Of a stretch of DNA of 64,000 nt, positions 40,221 to 49,915 are shown in pieces. The translations under genes were made by a program, and so were the position numbers. Within the stretch, counting starts at the first letter, position 1; the number at the start of each line of letters is the position of its first letter. The notes under the pieces are model-generated. The model worked only from the letters and a program-made list of their open reading frames with translations. It made no database searches and was not told the DNA's origin. Location: positions 4,252 to 68,251 of the forward strand of contig CAUUCF010000003.1 in assembly GCA_963543695.1 (NCBI GenBank). Reading direction: 5' to 3'. This DNA is from an uncultured Gammaproteobacteria bacterium (GTDB lineage: Bacteria > Pseudomonadota > Gammaproteobacteria > UBA9339).

Positions 40221-41525
40221 CTAATCGTTATTAACAACCGGTTGACCACGTAAAGAATTAGGTAATACCTCGGTAATCATCACTTTCGTTAAATTTCCCA
40301 AACAACGATCATCGGCAAGAAAGTTAACGACTCGATTATTTTCAGTACGACCGGTACATTGACCACGAAGGTTTCTTTTTTGTTCTACTAATACCGTCTG
40401 AACCGTATTTAACATCAAATTACTATATTGTTGAGTTTGATTCGCTAACTTACGTTGCAATAACACTAAACGTTGTTTTTTTTCTTGTATAGGAACTGGA
40501 TCTGGTAAATCGGCGGCCTTAGTCCCAGGACGCTTACTAAAGATGAAGCTAAAAGAATGATCGAATTTTAAAGTTTCTACTAACGCTAAAGTTTCATTAA
40601 ATTCTTGTTCCGTTTCTCCCGGGAACCCTACGATAAAATCAGAACTTAAGCTAATATCAGGACGAACTTTTCTTAAATTATCGATAATTTGTATATAACC
40701 CCGCGTATCGTACTTTCTACGCATTGCTTTTAAAATACGATCTGATCCACTTTGAATAGGTAAATGTAATTGATTTACCAATTTAGGTTCTTTTAAATAT
40801 ACTTCAAATAATTTATCGGTAAAATTTTTAGGATAAGATGTTGTAAAACGAATCCGCTCTACTTCTGAGTAACTAGCAATCTCGGTAATTAAGTCGGCTA
40901 AATCCATTTTAGATTCTGGATCTAAATAAGAATTAACGTTTTGACCTAACAAATGAATTTCTTTCACTCCTTGTACAAGCAGGCTCTCAATCTCTTGTAA
41001 AATACTTTTTGCCGAACGATTAATTTCTCTCCCTCTCGTAAACGGCACAATGCAATAGCTACAAAAATTATTACAACCTTCCATGATAGAAATAAACGCA
41101 GATATCCCTTGCAAACGAGGAGGAGGGAAATGTTCAAATTTCGTTAAAGGATCACCCTCTACTTTAACAACATGGACACTTTGATACCAATCAGGTAACA
41201 AATGGATCGTAGCCGGTCCAAAGATGAAATCTACTTCTGGTGCTCGCTGAAAAATTTTTGTTTGTTGCTCTACGGCGACACAACCACCTACTGCTATTTT
41301 TAAATTTTGATTGATTTGTTTTAAAGGTCTAAAGCAACCTATACGCGAAAAAATTTTTTCTTCCGCTTTTTCACGAATAGCGCAAGTATTTAAAATAATT
41401 AAATCTGCGTCTTCTGGTTGCTCTACTTTACAGAATCCTTTGACTAACATTAAATCACTTAACCTAGCTGCATCATACTCATTCATCTGACAGCCAAAAT
41501 TTTGTAAATAAAATTTTTTCATCAA
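40221..41525 (-). CDS. miaB: tRNA-2-methylthio-N6-dimethylallyladenosine synthase
   Basis: 434 aa. N-terminal UPF0004 cluster (FGCQMNEYD), radical-SAM CNNFCSYCIVP and a C-terminal TRAM domain. Confidence 0.9.
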   Translation of the reverse strand: MMKKFYLQNFGCQMNEYDAARLSDLMLVKGFCKVEQPEDADLIILNTCAIREKAEEKIFSRIGCFRPLKQINQNLKIAVGGCVAVEQQTKIFQRAPEVDFIFGPATIHLLPDWYQSVHVVKVEGDPLTKFEHFPPPRLQGISAFISIMEGCNNFCSYCIVPFTRGREINRSAKSILQEIESLLVQGVKEIHLLGQNVNSYLDPESKMDLADLITEIASYSEVERIRFTTSYPKNFTDKLFEVYLKEPKLVNQLHLPIQSGSDRILKAMRRKYDTRGYIQIIDNLRKVRPDISLSSDFIVGFPGETEQEFNETLALVETLKFDHSFSFIFSKRPGTKAADLPDPVPIQEKKQRLVLLQRKLANQTQQYSNLMLNTVQTVLVEQKRNLRGQCTGRTENNRVVNFLADDRCLGNLTKVMITEVLPNSLRGQPVVNND

Positions 41526-41546
41526 AGGATTCCCTCACTAAAATTC

Positions 41547-42347
41547 TTAACTTAATAAATTACGACTTTTTAAGCTACTATAAATACCTGCTTTAGCCGC
41601 TTTAGCTAAATGTTCCACAATATCATATTTCAGCTCAACCGCCACTTTCTCAGATTCTACTCGATTAGCTACTACTCCACAAATAGATGCTGCTTTTACC
41701 CCCATCACTGAAGCAATAACAAATAAAGTAGCCGTTTCCATTTCAAAATTTAAAACGTTTAAATGTTTCCATTCTTCCATAGCACCACGTTTATTCCTCA
41801 ACAAATACTGAGTATAAGAATCATAACGTTCTTGACCTTGCCAAAAAGTATCGGTAGAAGCGGTAATGCCCGCATGAAAAGGTAATGCTAACGTTTGAAT
41901 ACCATTAATCATCGCGTTTGTAAATTCTAAATCAGCTACCGCTGGATAATTAATCGGCGCATAATCTAAAGAAGTACCGTCCAAACGTACGGCGGCAACA
42001 CTAACGATAATATCGCCTAAACTAATTTTCGGTTGAATTCCCCCGGTCGTTCCTACTCTTAAAAAATATTTGAGACCTAAAACGGCTAATTCTTCCATCG
42101 TAATCCCAATATTTGGCCCACCCAAACCAGAAGAACAGACTAAAATTTTATGTCCATAAAAATTAGCTAGATAAGATACGTGCTCCCTAACGTCTGCTAA
42201 AAACTTCGCATGAGGATCAAAATTTTTAGCTAACAACTCAGAACGTTTAGGATCTCCTGGTAATAAAACGTATTCTGCTCCTTCTAACATTTGTTTTGAT
42301 AAACCAATATGATACATTACCTCATTTTCATTGACGATTTTAACCAT
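41547..42347 (-). CDS. udp: Uridine phosphorylase
   Basis: 266 aa. Colinear with E. coli Udp: YHIGLSK..LLPGDPKRSE..VCSSGLGGP..FLRVGTTGGIQP..VRLDG(T/A)S..QERYD(S/T)Y..MEEW..NFEME(T/S)ATL. Confidence 0.85.
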   Translation of the reverse strand: MVKIVNENEVMYHIGLSKQMLEGAEYVLLPGDPKRSELLAKNFDPHAKFLADVREHVSYLANFYGHKILVCSSGLGGPNIGITMEELAVLGLKYFLRVGTTGGIQPKISLGDIIVSVAAVRLDGTSLDYAPINYPAVADLEFTNAMINGIQTLALPFHAGITASTDTFWQGQERYDSYTQYLLRNKRGAMEEWKHLNVLNFEMETATLFVIASVMGVKAASICGVVANRVESEKVAVELKYDIVEHLAKAAKAGIYSSLKSRNLLS

Positions 42348-42504
42348 AATGCCTCAAAAATATATTATCAGTGGGTCAATTATATACGATTATCTGGTTA
42401 GAACAACTAAATTTTTACTTTAAAACTTAAAGATTATAAAGAAAATGATTGATAAAATTTAATAATAATTTTAAAATGAAAAAAACTAAAAAGCGGAGGA
42501 AGTT

Positions 42505-42789
42505 TTGTTTTTAATTCATTGGATTAATAAGATCACTAAAAGTGAACAAGAAACGCTTAACTCAGAACAATTAACCGTTTCTACGCCCCCAAAAACGTCA
42601 GAAACTACTAAGAGTACTATTTTAACGCAAACGGTTGTTCAAAAACCTCATCCAATTCATCCAAAAACGGTAGTTTTTAATAAAATTACTAATTACCCTA
42701 AAAAATGCAGCAAAGTAATTAGTAAATATCAAGTAGAATTGAATAAACCTACGAAGCTAAAAATAGGCAGTATTCAAATCATAGCGTAA
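42505..42789 (+). CDS. Hypothetical 94-aa protein (weak call)
   Basis: TTG start 4 nt after GGAGGA. Low-complexity T/P/K-rich sequence with no family recognised. It occupies the position where dusB precedes fis in enterics. Confidence 0.3.
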   Translation: MFLIHWINKITKSEQETLNSEQLTVSTPPKTSETTKSTILTQTVVQKPHPIHPKTVVFNKITNYPKKCSKVISKYQVELNKPTKLKIGSIQIIA

Positions 42790-42804
42790 CGATGGAGAAT
42801 TGCA

Positions 42805-43083
42805 TTGGATAAAAAAGATTTCTTTGTTTCTACGATAGGGCGATGCGTGTATAAAGAATTAAATAAATATTTTAATTGTTTATCCTACCAAGAAGTTACC
42901 GGGTTATACGAATTAGTTTTAAAAGAAATCGAAGCACCTCTGTTGAAAGTCGTCATGGATAAAACCAAAGGTAATCGTACGCACGCAGCTAAATGCCTAG
43001 GTATTAGTCGTCGTACTTTACAACAAAAATTAAAAAAATACCAAAAAAATGACTCATCCCAATCAATTAATCCAACTAACTAG
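42805..43083 (+). CDS. fis: Fis-family DNA-binding protein
   Basis: 92 aa. LYELVLKEIEAPLLKVVMDKTKGNRTHAAKCLGISRRTLQQKLKKY aligns with the E. coli Fis C-terminal HTH ([46 protein letters not shown]). TTG start sits 8 nt after GGAG. Confidence 0.85.
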   Translation: MDKKDFFVSTIGRCVYKELNKYFNCLSYQEVTGLYELVLKEIEAPLLKVVMDKTKGNRTHAAKCLGISRRTLQQKLKKYQKNDSSQSINPTN

Positions 43084-43702
43084 TCGTTTTTTAGCCTACG
43101 GTGAACTTTTAACAAAAGCTAGTTTAGTAATAGATCCTGCCCGTCCAGAGGACGTTTTATTACAAGCAATCGAATCGTTTATTCAAAACCCTCAACTAAC
43201 GCTGCATTATACTCCGTCGATTATTCAACCGGTCATTGAAATAATGTTTCAAACTGCAATTGATTGGTTAAAACCGCTCCATTTAACAACAACGGCATTA
43301 AACAATGCCTTGCTACGAAATAAAATTCTGTACGATAAAAATCATTTATTAACAACCATTTTATCGGCTTCTCCTGATTCCGCCGAACATGATTTAGGAG
43401 AATTAATTATTCTCATAAGTTATTTAAACCCTTTAATCCACCAATTTTTTAACGCTCAAAAAGAATCTTTTTCCAAATGGCAACGACAATTCCAAACAAT
43501 CCAAAATTCTAGCCTAATTTCATCCGCTCCGTTATTGATCACACCTGCCATTAAACCGTCTGCTATCGTGATTCCTTTTAAGTTAAAACGTCTTTGCTCC
43601 GACAAAATTGCTTTTACCTACCTACTAGGTACCATGATTTTTTTATTATGTGTATATTTAGTCTTGTTCTACCAATTACAACTACAAATTAATTCTTACT
43701 AA
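43049..43702 (+). CDS. Tail-anchored protein, tentatively DotU/IcmH (TssL)-like
   Basis: 217 aa. A soluble, helical ~185-aa N-terminal part is followed by a single C-terminal TM (IAFTYLLGTMIFLLCVYLVLFYQL). This architecture, and the position directly upstream of an IcmF/TssM-like gene, match DotU. Sequence similarity itself is weak by eye. It overlaps fis by 35 nt. Confidence 0.45.
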   Translation: MTHPNQLIQLTSRFLAYGELLTKASLVIDPARPEDVLLQAIESFIQNPQLTLHYTPSIIQPVIEIMFQTAIDWLKPLHLTTTALNNALLRNKILYDKNHLLTTILSASPDSAEHDLGELIILISYLNPLIHQFFNAQKESFSKWQRQFQTIQNSSLISSAPLLITPAIKPSAIVIPFKLKRLCSDKIAFTYLLGTMIFLLCVYLVLFYQLQLQINSY

Positions 43703-43704
43703 AA

Positions 43705-46407
43705 ATGTACAACCCTTCTTTATACCTTAAAAAAGAACTATCCTTACTCGAAATAGAAATTAAAGCGGCTAAACAATTTTTAAAAAAGCAACAATTACTA
43801 AAAAAACCTCAAATTTTTATCCTTTTAGGAGCACCTAAAACAGGTAAATCTACTTTACTAGCCAATGCTGGCTTACATCTAGTAGATTATCATTTAGCTC
43901 CCCCAAAACTAATTGGTCCCACTCAAACTTGTACTTTTTGGTATTCTCATCAAGGCCTTTTTATCGATACCGCCGGGATTTACACACAGGCGAATAACAG
44001 CGCATACCCTAACCATCGTCTTTGGCTAGGCTTAATTAAATTAATTAGTCGCTATTTCGGAAGAGATGCAATTCATGCATTACTGCTAGTGTTTGACTTA
44101 CATCAAATGTTAGCGCAGGAAGATCAACTAACCCGAATACTCGCTTCGTTTCGCAAACGCATTCACGAAACCCAAGAATACGTAGCAACGTTTCAAATCT
44201 ATTTAATCATGACTAAATGCGATCATCTGATCGGTAGCAAAGAATATTTTCAGTTAGCTTCGCCGGCACAATTATCCCAACCTTTCGGCATTACGTTCGA
44301 CACTAACGTAAGCAACGTCTGCTTAACTTTCCCCAATCAATTGGATGCTTTAACGGATCAACTACAAAAGCAAGTTAATCATTACGACCTTATAGACGAA
44401 TCGACGTCCCAAGTACATTATCGTGCTAAGCTTTTTCCTGTTTATTTTGCTCAATTAAAACCATTGTTATGCGCGATTATCAAACAAATTCCTAACCATC
44501 CAGGGATTGAATTAAAAGGACTTTTTTTTACCAGTAGTATTCAAACGACATCCCTAGAATACCCCTTTAATTCCTATTTAAATAATTTAGGTATCAACAT
44601 TAATTACCAGGATCATCTCGCTACTCAAATGGTTGAACCTTCTTTAGCCGTTCCCCTTTTTCGTTTCCTTTTAAAACAGACGAAACCAACGCTTCAAGTT
44701 GATTATCGCCGCTTTTATTTATCATTAAGCTTATTAGGATTATTCGTAATTACGATCATGTCTACTTGTTTTTACCAACGGTTTAAAACGATTTCTACGA
44801 TCAAAGCAGGCATTTTTACGCCAGAATCGCAAAAAATAACACCAAAAGACCTAAAAACGAATCCTTTTTTTAGCCTTAACAATTCTAAATTAGCTACGCA
44901 ATTCTTACAGTGGAAACAAACTAGCCAGCAATTACCCTGGTATCAACAAAAAACCGCTGAAATTTTAAAAAAACAAACCCAAGCCCACAATCTGGAAGCG
45001 GTAAACGATACCCTACGCGCTTACTTAGCCTTTGCAACTCATTTGCAATCAGAAAAAATTTTTCTAAAAAATTGGCTCATGCAAAAGCTAAATATCACTT
45101 GGAACCCCAATTACCCGGCAATGAAAATACCACTCGACGAACAATTAATTTTAGAAAGTCAGCAATTGCTGTTAAACCAAGAAATCATTTCCCCAACCGT
45201 TCAAAGTAAATTCCGCTGGAACGCAAAAACGCGCTTCATCCCAGAAATGTACTTAAAAAAACATTTTCAGCGTTATTACGATTCAAAATGCCGTTCCCTC
45301 ATCATTCAACTTCCTAAACTTCCGTCACAATCTATTACAGCATTAAAACAAAAAAAGCAACAAATTTATCAATTAAGGTATCTTAATTTTTGGCAAGAAC
45401 AGCTCAATACTTTATTGGAACCTACCTCGTTACCCCAAAAACTTACTCAGTATCAAAAAGCGAACACTTTACCTCCAGAATGGCAATTAGTTGTTGATAA
45501 TTTACCCCCTAACCTCGAATGCTTTCGACAGTTAACCACCCAAATCACTCAAGGTTGGCATAATTTTCAACAAGAAAGTAATAAATTACTCTTGTTTTTA
45601 TCCGAACAATCCGATGCTCATCAATGGTTACAAACCTATTACCGTTCTAACGGCAAGAATTGGCATACCTTCGTTCAAACGATTCACGATGTACCGGGAT
45701 ATACTAGTTTCATCACTGCTCTGCAACAACAAACTTTAGCGTTAATCGCTACACGAGTACTCGTACAAATCAAACAGGCTTGGAATAACGAAGTAGTACC
45801 AGTTTATCAAAAATTGATTGATGGTTACTATCCTTTTAACGCAACAAGTGATCAAGATTTACCACTAGCAAATTTTCACCGTTTTTTTGGACCTCAACAA
45901 AGCTTAGAAAAATTTTTTCTACGATATTTAAAACCTTACGTTGTCACTGACGCTCATTTTAATTGGCACTGGAAAACTTTAAATGATCAACCGTTACCTT
46001 TCGGCGATTATTTTTTAGATATCGGGTTACGTGGAGCACTAATACAAAAAGCGTTTTATTCAAACCACCAATACGGTTTTAGTTTTTCTTTAGCTTATTT
46101 AGCACAACATCCTAAATTTAATCTTACCGTCAACCATCATCAGCTTAATTTATCGACGATCCCGATGTTTACTTGGCCCACTAATTATTCGATTAGTTTA
46201 AGTTATCCTTTCAATAATCAAGTAATTAACCTCTCTTATCAGGGTATTTGGGCTTGGTTCCGACTTTTTGACCAATTACATTTACAGCATATTAAAGGAG
46301 GAAAATTTAAAATTCCGTTAGAAAATGAAACTATATACTTATTAACTAATCGTTTTAACCCTTTTTTACCCGATTTAATCAACGATTTCGTTTGTCAATT
46401 ACGATGA
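43705..46407 (+). CDS. icmF: IcmF/TssM-family protein (P-loop NTPase + TM + large periplasmic domain)
   Basis: 900 aa. IFILLGAPKTGKSTLLANAGL..GPTQTCTFWYSHQGLFIDTAGIY..LWLGLIKLISRYFGRDAIHALLLVFDL matches the TssM/IcmF NTPase block (GxxGxGKT/S..NxGL..C.WWF....IDTAGRY..W..FL..L...R...P.NG). One clear TM lies at residues ~336-357, followed by a ~540-aa C-terminal region. Confidence 0.75.
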   Translation: MYNPSLYLKKELSLLEIEIKAAKQFLKKQQLLKKPQIFILLGAPKTGKSTLLANAGLHLVDYHLAPPKLIGPTQTCTFWYSHQGLFIDTAGIYTQANNSAYPNHRLWLGLIKLISRYFGRDAIHALLLVFDLHQMLAQEDQLTRILASFRKRIHETQEYVATFQIYLIMTKCDHLIGSKEYFQLASPAQLSQPFGITFDTNVSNVCLTFPNQLDALTDQLQKQVNHYDLIDESTSQVHYRAKLFPVYFAQLKPLLCAIIKQIPNHPGIELKGLFFTSSIQTTSLEYPFNSYLNNLGININYQDHLATQMVEPSLAVPLFRFLLKQTKPTLQVDYRRFYLSLSLLGLFVITIMSTCFYQRFKTISTIKAGIFTPESQKITPKDLKTNPFFSLNNSKLATQFLQWKQTSQQLPWYQQKTAEILKKQTQAHNLEAVNDTLRAYLAFATHLQSEKIFLKNWLMQKLNITWNPNYPAMKIPLDEQLILESQQLLLNQEIISPTVQSKFRWNAKTRFIPEMYLKKHFQRYYDSKCRSLIIQLPKLPSQSITALKQKKQQIYQLRYLNFWQEQLNTLLEPTSLPQKLTQYQKANTLPPEWQLVVDNLPPNLECFRQLTTQITQGWHNFQQESNKLLLFLSEQSDAHQWLQTYYRSNGKNWHTFVQTIHDVPGYTSFITALQQQTLALIATRVLVQIKQAWNNEVVPVYQKLIDGYYPFNATSDQDLPLANFHRFFGPQQSLEKFFLRYLKPYVVTDAHFNWHWKTLNDQPLPFGDYFLDIGLRGALIQKAFYSNHQYGFSFSLAYLAQHPKFNLTVNHHQLNLSTIPMFTWPTNYSISLSYPFNNQVINLSYQGIWAWFRLFDQLHLQHIKGGKFKIPLENETIYLLTNRFNPFLPDLINDFVCQLR

Positions 46408-46420
46408 TAATCAATTTTAC

Positions 46421-46510
46421 AGTGAATAACCGTGTGAATAACCACGTTAAAAAAAAGGTTGATCACTAAAACACATCCTTATTATTAAATTATGTACATA
46501 GTTATACACA
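46421..46510. promoter_or_regulatory. Cluster of DnaA-box-like 9-mers upstream of dnaN
   Basis: Perfect matches to TTATNCACA are at 46433-46441 (reverse complement TTATTCACA) and 46502-46510 (TTATACACA). One-mismatch boxes are at 46421-46429 (reverse complement TTATTCACT) and 46490-46498 (TTATGTACA). The first two form a 12-bp direct repeat, gtgaataaccNN. AT-rich DNA and two GATC sites follow. Confidence 0.45.
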
Positions 46511-46663
46511 TTCTTTTTTAAAGCTAAACGTTATTAAATACCGTTTCTCGATTCGTTTATGAACATATTCACCGTATTTATAAACATAAATATTTAAATT
46601 ATTTATTTGTCAAATATAGATAGTGTGATAAGATCTTAGACAAATAAATAAACGGTGAACGAA

Positions 46664-47767
46664 ATGTTCGAAATTTCTTTTAGTAAACAAGAATGGCTAA
46701 AAATTTTAACGGCAATAGTTGGAATTACCGATCGTAAACAAGTCATTCCTACTTTAAGCTTTATTTTAGTTCAACAAAAAGGAAAGCAATTATTTTTTAC
46801 CGGTTCCGATTTAGAAACCGAAATTACCGTTAAAGTAAATCATGAAAGTGAGGTTAATCCTTTTAGTTTTCTATTACCAGGTAAAATTTTTTACGATATT
46901 TGTAATTTATCTAGCGATAGCCAAATTACTTTAAAAGTAAACGATGATCGTAAAATTAGCGTTAACGCTCAAACGAGCAAATATCAATTAATCGGATTAG
47001 ATCCAAAAGATTTTCCAAAATATCGTGAAGAGCAAAGTAATTATTTATGGCAAATTAATTTGTTAGGTAAACAAATCAAAAAATTAGTGAAAAAAACGGC
47101 TTTTGCCGCGGACGAACAAAACGTGAGACACTATCTTAATGGTTTGATGTTTACTTTAGATCAACAACAAATTCGGGTGATTACTACGGATTCTCATCGT
47201 TTAGCTTTTGCTAAAGAGGAATTATCTAAAAGGGTAGATAGTCAAAATTTTATTTTACCGAAAAAAGCGGCAGCAGAATTACACAGAATATTTACCAATG
47301 AAGAAAACATTTTGGTGGAAGCTACCGATACTTATTTAAAATTATCAACCGAAAGTTTGACCGTATATACTAAATTGATCGGAGGTAAATTTCCCGATTA
47401 TTACCAAATTATTTTTGGAGCGAAGGGGGAACAAATTAAGTTAAATACCGCTTTATTGATGCAAGCGATTAATAAAGTAGGTATTTTAGTCGACGATAAA
47501 TTAAAGTTAATTAAATTAAGTTTTTTGAAGCAACAATTAGTCGTGGATAGCGATACGGAAAATCAAGAAGCTAACGACGTTTTACCGCTAGATTATGATC
47601 GAGAACCGGTGGAAATTTTATTAAATTTAGAGTATTTACGGGAAACTTTAAGACAAATAGAAGCTGAAGAAGTACAGATCTCTTTTAAAGACGCAAAACA
47701 AGCGGTCATTTTTGAACCAGTAGGGGACTGTTCGGTAATCTATATTATTATGCCAGTTGTTAGGTAA
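46664..47767 (+). CDS. dnaN: DNA polymerase III beta sliding clamp
   Basis: ~367 aa, three-domain clamp. ..LSFILVQQKGKQLFFTGSDLETEI.., ..RHYLNGLMF.. and ..ITTDSHRLA... ATG at 46664 is preferred over the GTG at 46655. The stop overlaps the recF ATG (TAATG). Confidence 0.92.
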   Translation: MFEISFSKQEWLKILTAIVGITDRKQVIPTLSFILVQQKGKQLFFTGSDLETEITVKVNHESEVNPFSFLLPGKIFYDICNLSSDSQITLKVNDDRKISVNAQTSKYQLIGLDPKDFPKYREEQSNYLWQINLLGKQIKKLVKKTAFAADEQNVRHYLNGLMFTLDQQQIRVITTDSHRLAFAKEELSKRVDSQNFILPKKAAAELHRIFTNEENILVEATDTYLKLSTESLTVYTKLIGGKFPDYYQIIFGAKGEQIKLNTALLMQAINKVGILVDDKLKLIKLSFLKQQLVVDSDTENQEANDVLPLDYDREPVEILLNLEYLRETLRQIEAEEVQISFKDAKQAVIFEPVGDCSVIYIIMPVVR

Positions 47768-48843
47768 TGTTAGAACGATTATCCGTTAGTAATTTTAGAA
47801 ATTTTCGACAATTAGATTTAAATTTGCATTCGAAATGTTCGGTTATTTATGGTTTAAATGGTACAGGTAAAACTTCTGCGTTAGAGGCAATTTATTTTTT
47901 ATTTTTAGGCAAATCTTTTCGTACGCGCTTAATTAAAAATTTAATTGCTCATGGTTACGATAGTTTTCAAATAGGAGCAGCGCTACGGGTAGAAGACGAA
48001 GAAATTAAGGTAGGTACTTTAAGAAAACAAGACGGTTACGCACAGTTAAAGAAAAACGGGAATAAACTAAATTCACAGCGTGAAATTACGAAATTATTAC
48101 CGGTACAATTATTTAACCATGAAAGCTTTTTATTATTAACTGACCCTGCTAAAATTCGTCGTAAGTTTATTGATTGGGGAGTTTTTCATTTAAAACCTGA
48201 TTTTTTAATGCTTTGGCATGCTTTTGAAAGAATTTTAAAGCAACGAAACGAGCAAATTCGTCAAACATTTAATCCGTTGTGGGATAAAGATTTAGCGAAG
48301 TTAGGAGAACAGCTACATTTGATGCGTTTAGAATATTTAAAAGATTTTATACCGTTTGCGATTGAATTAATGCGTGAGTTATTACCTGGCATTACTCTTC
48401 AATTAGAATATTTTCCTGGTTGGGACGTGAAGGTACCTGGTTTAGAGATGTTACGGTTACATAGAAGACTAGATATCAAAGTAGGTTATACGGTATATGG
48501 TGCACATCGGGCTGATTTATTAATTTTAGTGAACGATCGACCGGCGAAAGATTTTTTGTCCCGTGGTCAACAAAAAATTTTAGTGTATGGGTTACAATTA
48601 GCTCAAGGATTGTTTTTGCAACATCACCATCAACAACAAAAATGTTTATATTTGGTAGATGATCCTTTGGCAGAATTAGATTTACCCAATTACCAGTTGT
48701 TAATGGGTAAGATGTATAATATAATAAATAGTCAAATTATTTTAACTGGTTTAAGGCAAGGAGACGTGAAATGTCTGACTAGTTGCTTAGACGGCAGTTA
48801 TACAGAATATGATTTGAGTGATAGTAACGTTGTGGAGATTTAA
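47767..48843 (+). CDS. recF: DNA replication and repair protein RecF
   Basis: 358 aa. N-terminal Walker A YGLNGTGKTSALEAIYFL, signature SRGQQK and Walker B LYLVDDPLAELD. Confidence 0.9.
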   Translation: MLERLSVSNFRNFRQLDLNLHSKCSVIYGLNGTGKTSALEAIYFLFLGKSFRTRLIKNLIAHGYDSFQIGAALRVEDEEIKVGTLRKQDGYAQLKKNGNKLNSQREITKLLPVQLFNHESFLLLTDPAKIRRKFIDWGVFHLKPDFLMLWHAFERILKQRNEQIRQTFNPLWDKDLAKLGEQLHLMRLEYLKDFIPFAIELMRELLPGITLQLEYFPGWDVKVPGLEMLRLHRRLDIKVGYTVYGAHRADLLILVNDRPAKDFLSRGQQKILVYGLQLAQGLFLQHHHQQQKCLYLVDDPLAELDLPNYQLLMGKMYNIINSQIILTGLRQGDVKCLTSCLDGSYTEYDLSDSNVVEI

Positions 48844-49530
48844 ATGCTTATTTTTTCAGTGATTAATGCTTTTATGAAAGCTTCTTTGTTGGTAAAAAGC
48901 GTTATGTTATTACTGTCGTTGATGTCAATAATATCTTGGGCGTTGATTTTTTATTATTTTTTGGTTTTGAGACGAGAAAAACAACAGCTTAATTTAGTAA
49001 AAGGGAAAATTAAAGGTAAAGATTTATATAAATATTATTTGATTTTAAAAAATCATCCTGACGAGAAACGTGGAATAGATGCTTTGATTTACGCGGGATA
49101 TCAAGAAATTTTGTATTTTAAACGTCCGAATAACGAGGTATTGTTCAATGCCGAGTGTAAGATGGAGTGGGCCGTTAACCAGCAAGAGGTTTCGTTAAGG
49201 CGTTACGTTAGTTATTTGGCTACAATTGGGGCAATCGCTCCTTACGTAGGGTTATTAGGTACCGTTTGGGGAATTATGCATGCCTTTCATTTATTAGGAA
49301 ACGTGAATCAAGCAGCGATTAATTTGGTTGCTCCTGGTATTGCTGAAGCGTTAGTTACTACGGCTTTGGGTTTATTAGTCGCAATACCTGCTACGGTCGC
49401 TTTTAATTTGGTTACGGAAAAGATAGATAAAATGATTGATACGTATCAATTATACGTTGTAGAACTAAAAATTTATTTTCGGCATGAATGGTTAAATTAT
49501 CAATTATCACAACGTACCAATGAAACGTAA
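48844..49530 (+). CDS. tolQ: Tol-Pal system proton channel protein TolQ
   Basis: 228 aa. FMKASLLVKSVMLLL.., ..YVGLLGTVWGIMHAF.. and ..LVAPGIAEALVTTALGLLVAIPA.. are colinear with E. coli TolQ. The ATG directly abuts the recF stop. Confidence 0.85.
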   Translation: MLIFSVINAFMKASLLVKSVMLLLSLMSIISWALIFYYFLVLRREKQQLNLVKGKIKGKDLYKYYLILKNHPDEKRGIDALIYAGYQEILYFKRPNNEVLFNAECKMEWAVNQQEVSLRRYVSYLATIGAIAPYVGLLGTVWGIMHAFHLLGNVNQAAINLVAPGIAEALVTTALGLLVAIPATVAFNLVTEKIDKMIDTYQLYVVELKIYFRHEWLNYQLSQRTNET

Positions 49531-49906
49531 AAAAATTGTTACCGAGATTAACGTAGTACCGTATATCGATGTGATGTTAGTGTTACTCGTAATTTTTATG
49601 ATTACGGCTCCAATGCTATCTAATGGAATAGCGGTACAGTTACCAGAATTAACTAAAAAAGCGGTTTTAGTTAATGATCGTGCAGCCGTTATCTCGATAG
49701 ATGTACAAGGTAAATACTATTTTGATCAAGCTCCCGATCCAAACCAAGCTATGTCTTTAGAAAATTTAGTGCGGTATTGTCAAAAATTTCAAGATTATAC
49801 GCTTTTAATTAAAGCTGATCGGCGTTTAAAATACGAAAATGTAATTAAAGTTTTAGATTTTTTACAGCAACAAGGTTTTAAAAACGTAGGTTTAGTAACA
49901 AATTAA
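49520..49906 (+). CDS. tolR: Tol-Pal system protein TolR (ExbD family)
   Basis: 128 aa. EINVVPYIDVMLVLLVIFMITAP is the TM segment with the conserved Asp. The C-terminal ..YENVIKVLDFLQQQGFKNVGLVT matches TolR/ExbD. Confidence 0.85.
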   Translation: MKRKKIVTEINVVPYIDVMLVLLVIFMITAPMLSNGIAVQLPELTKKAVLVNDRAAVISIDVQGKYYFDQAPDPNQAMSLENLVRYCQKFQDYTLLIKADRRLKYENVIKVLDFLQQQGFKNVGLVTN

Positions 49907-49915
49907 ATAAAATTT

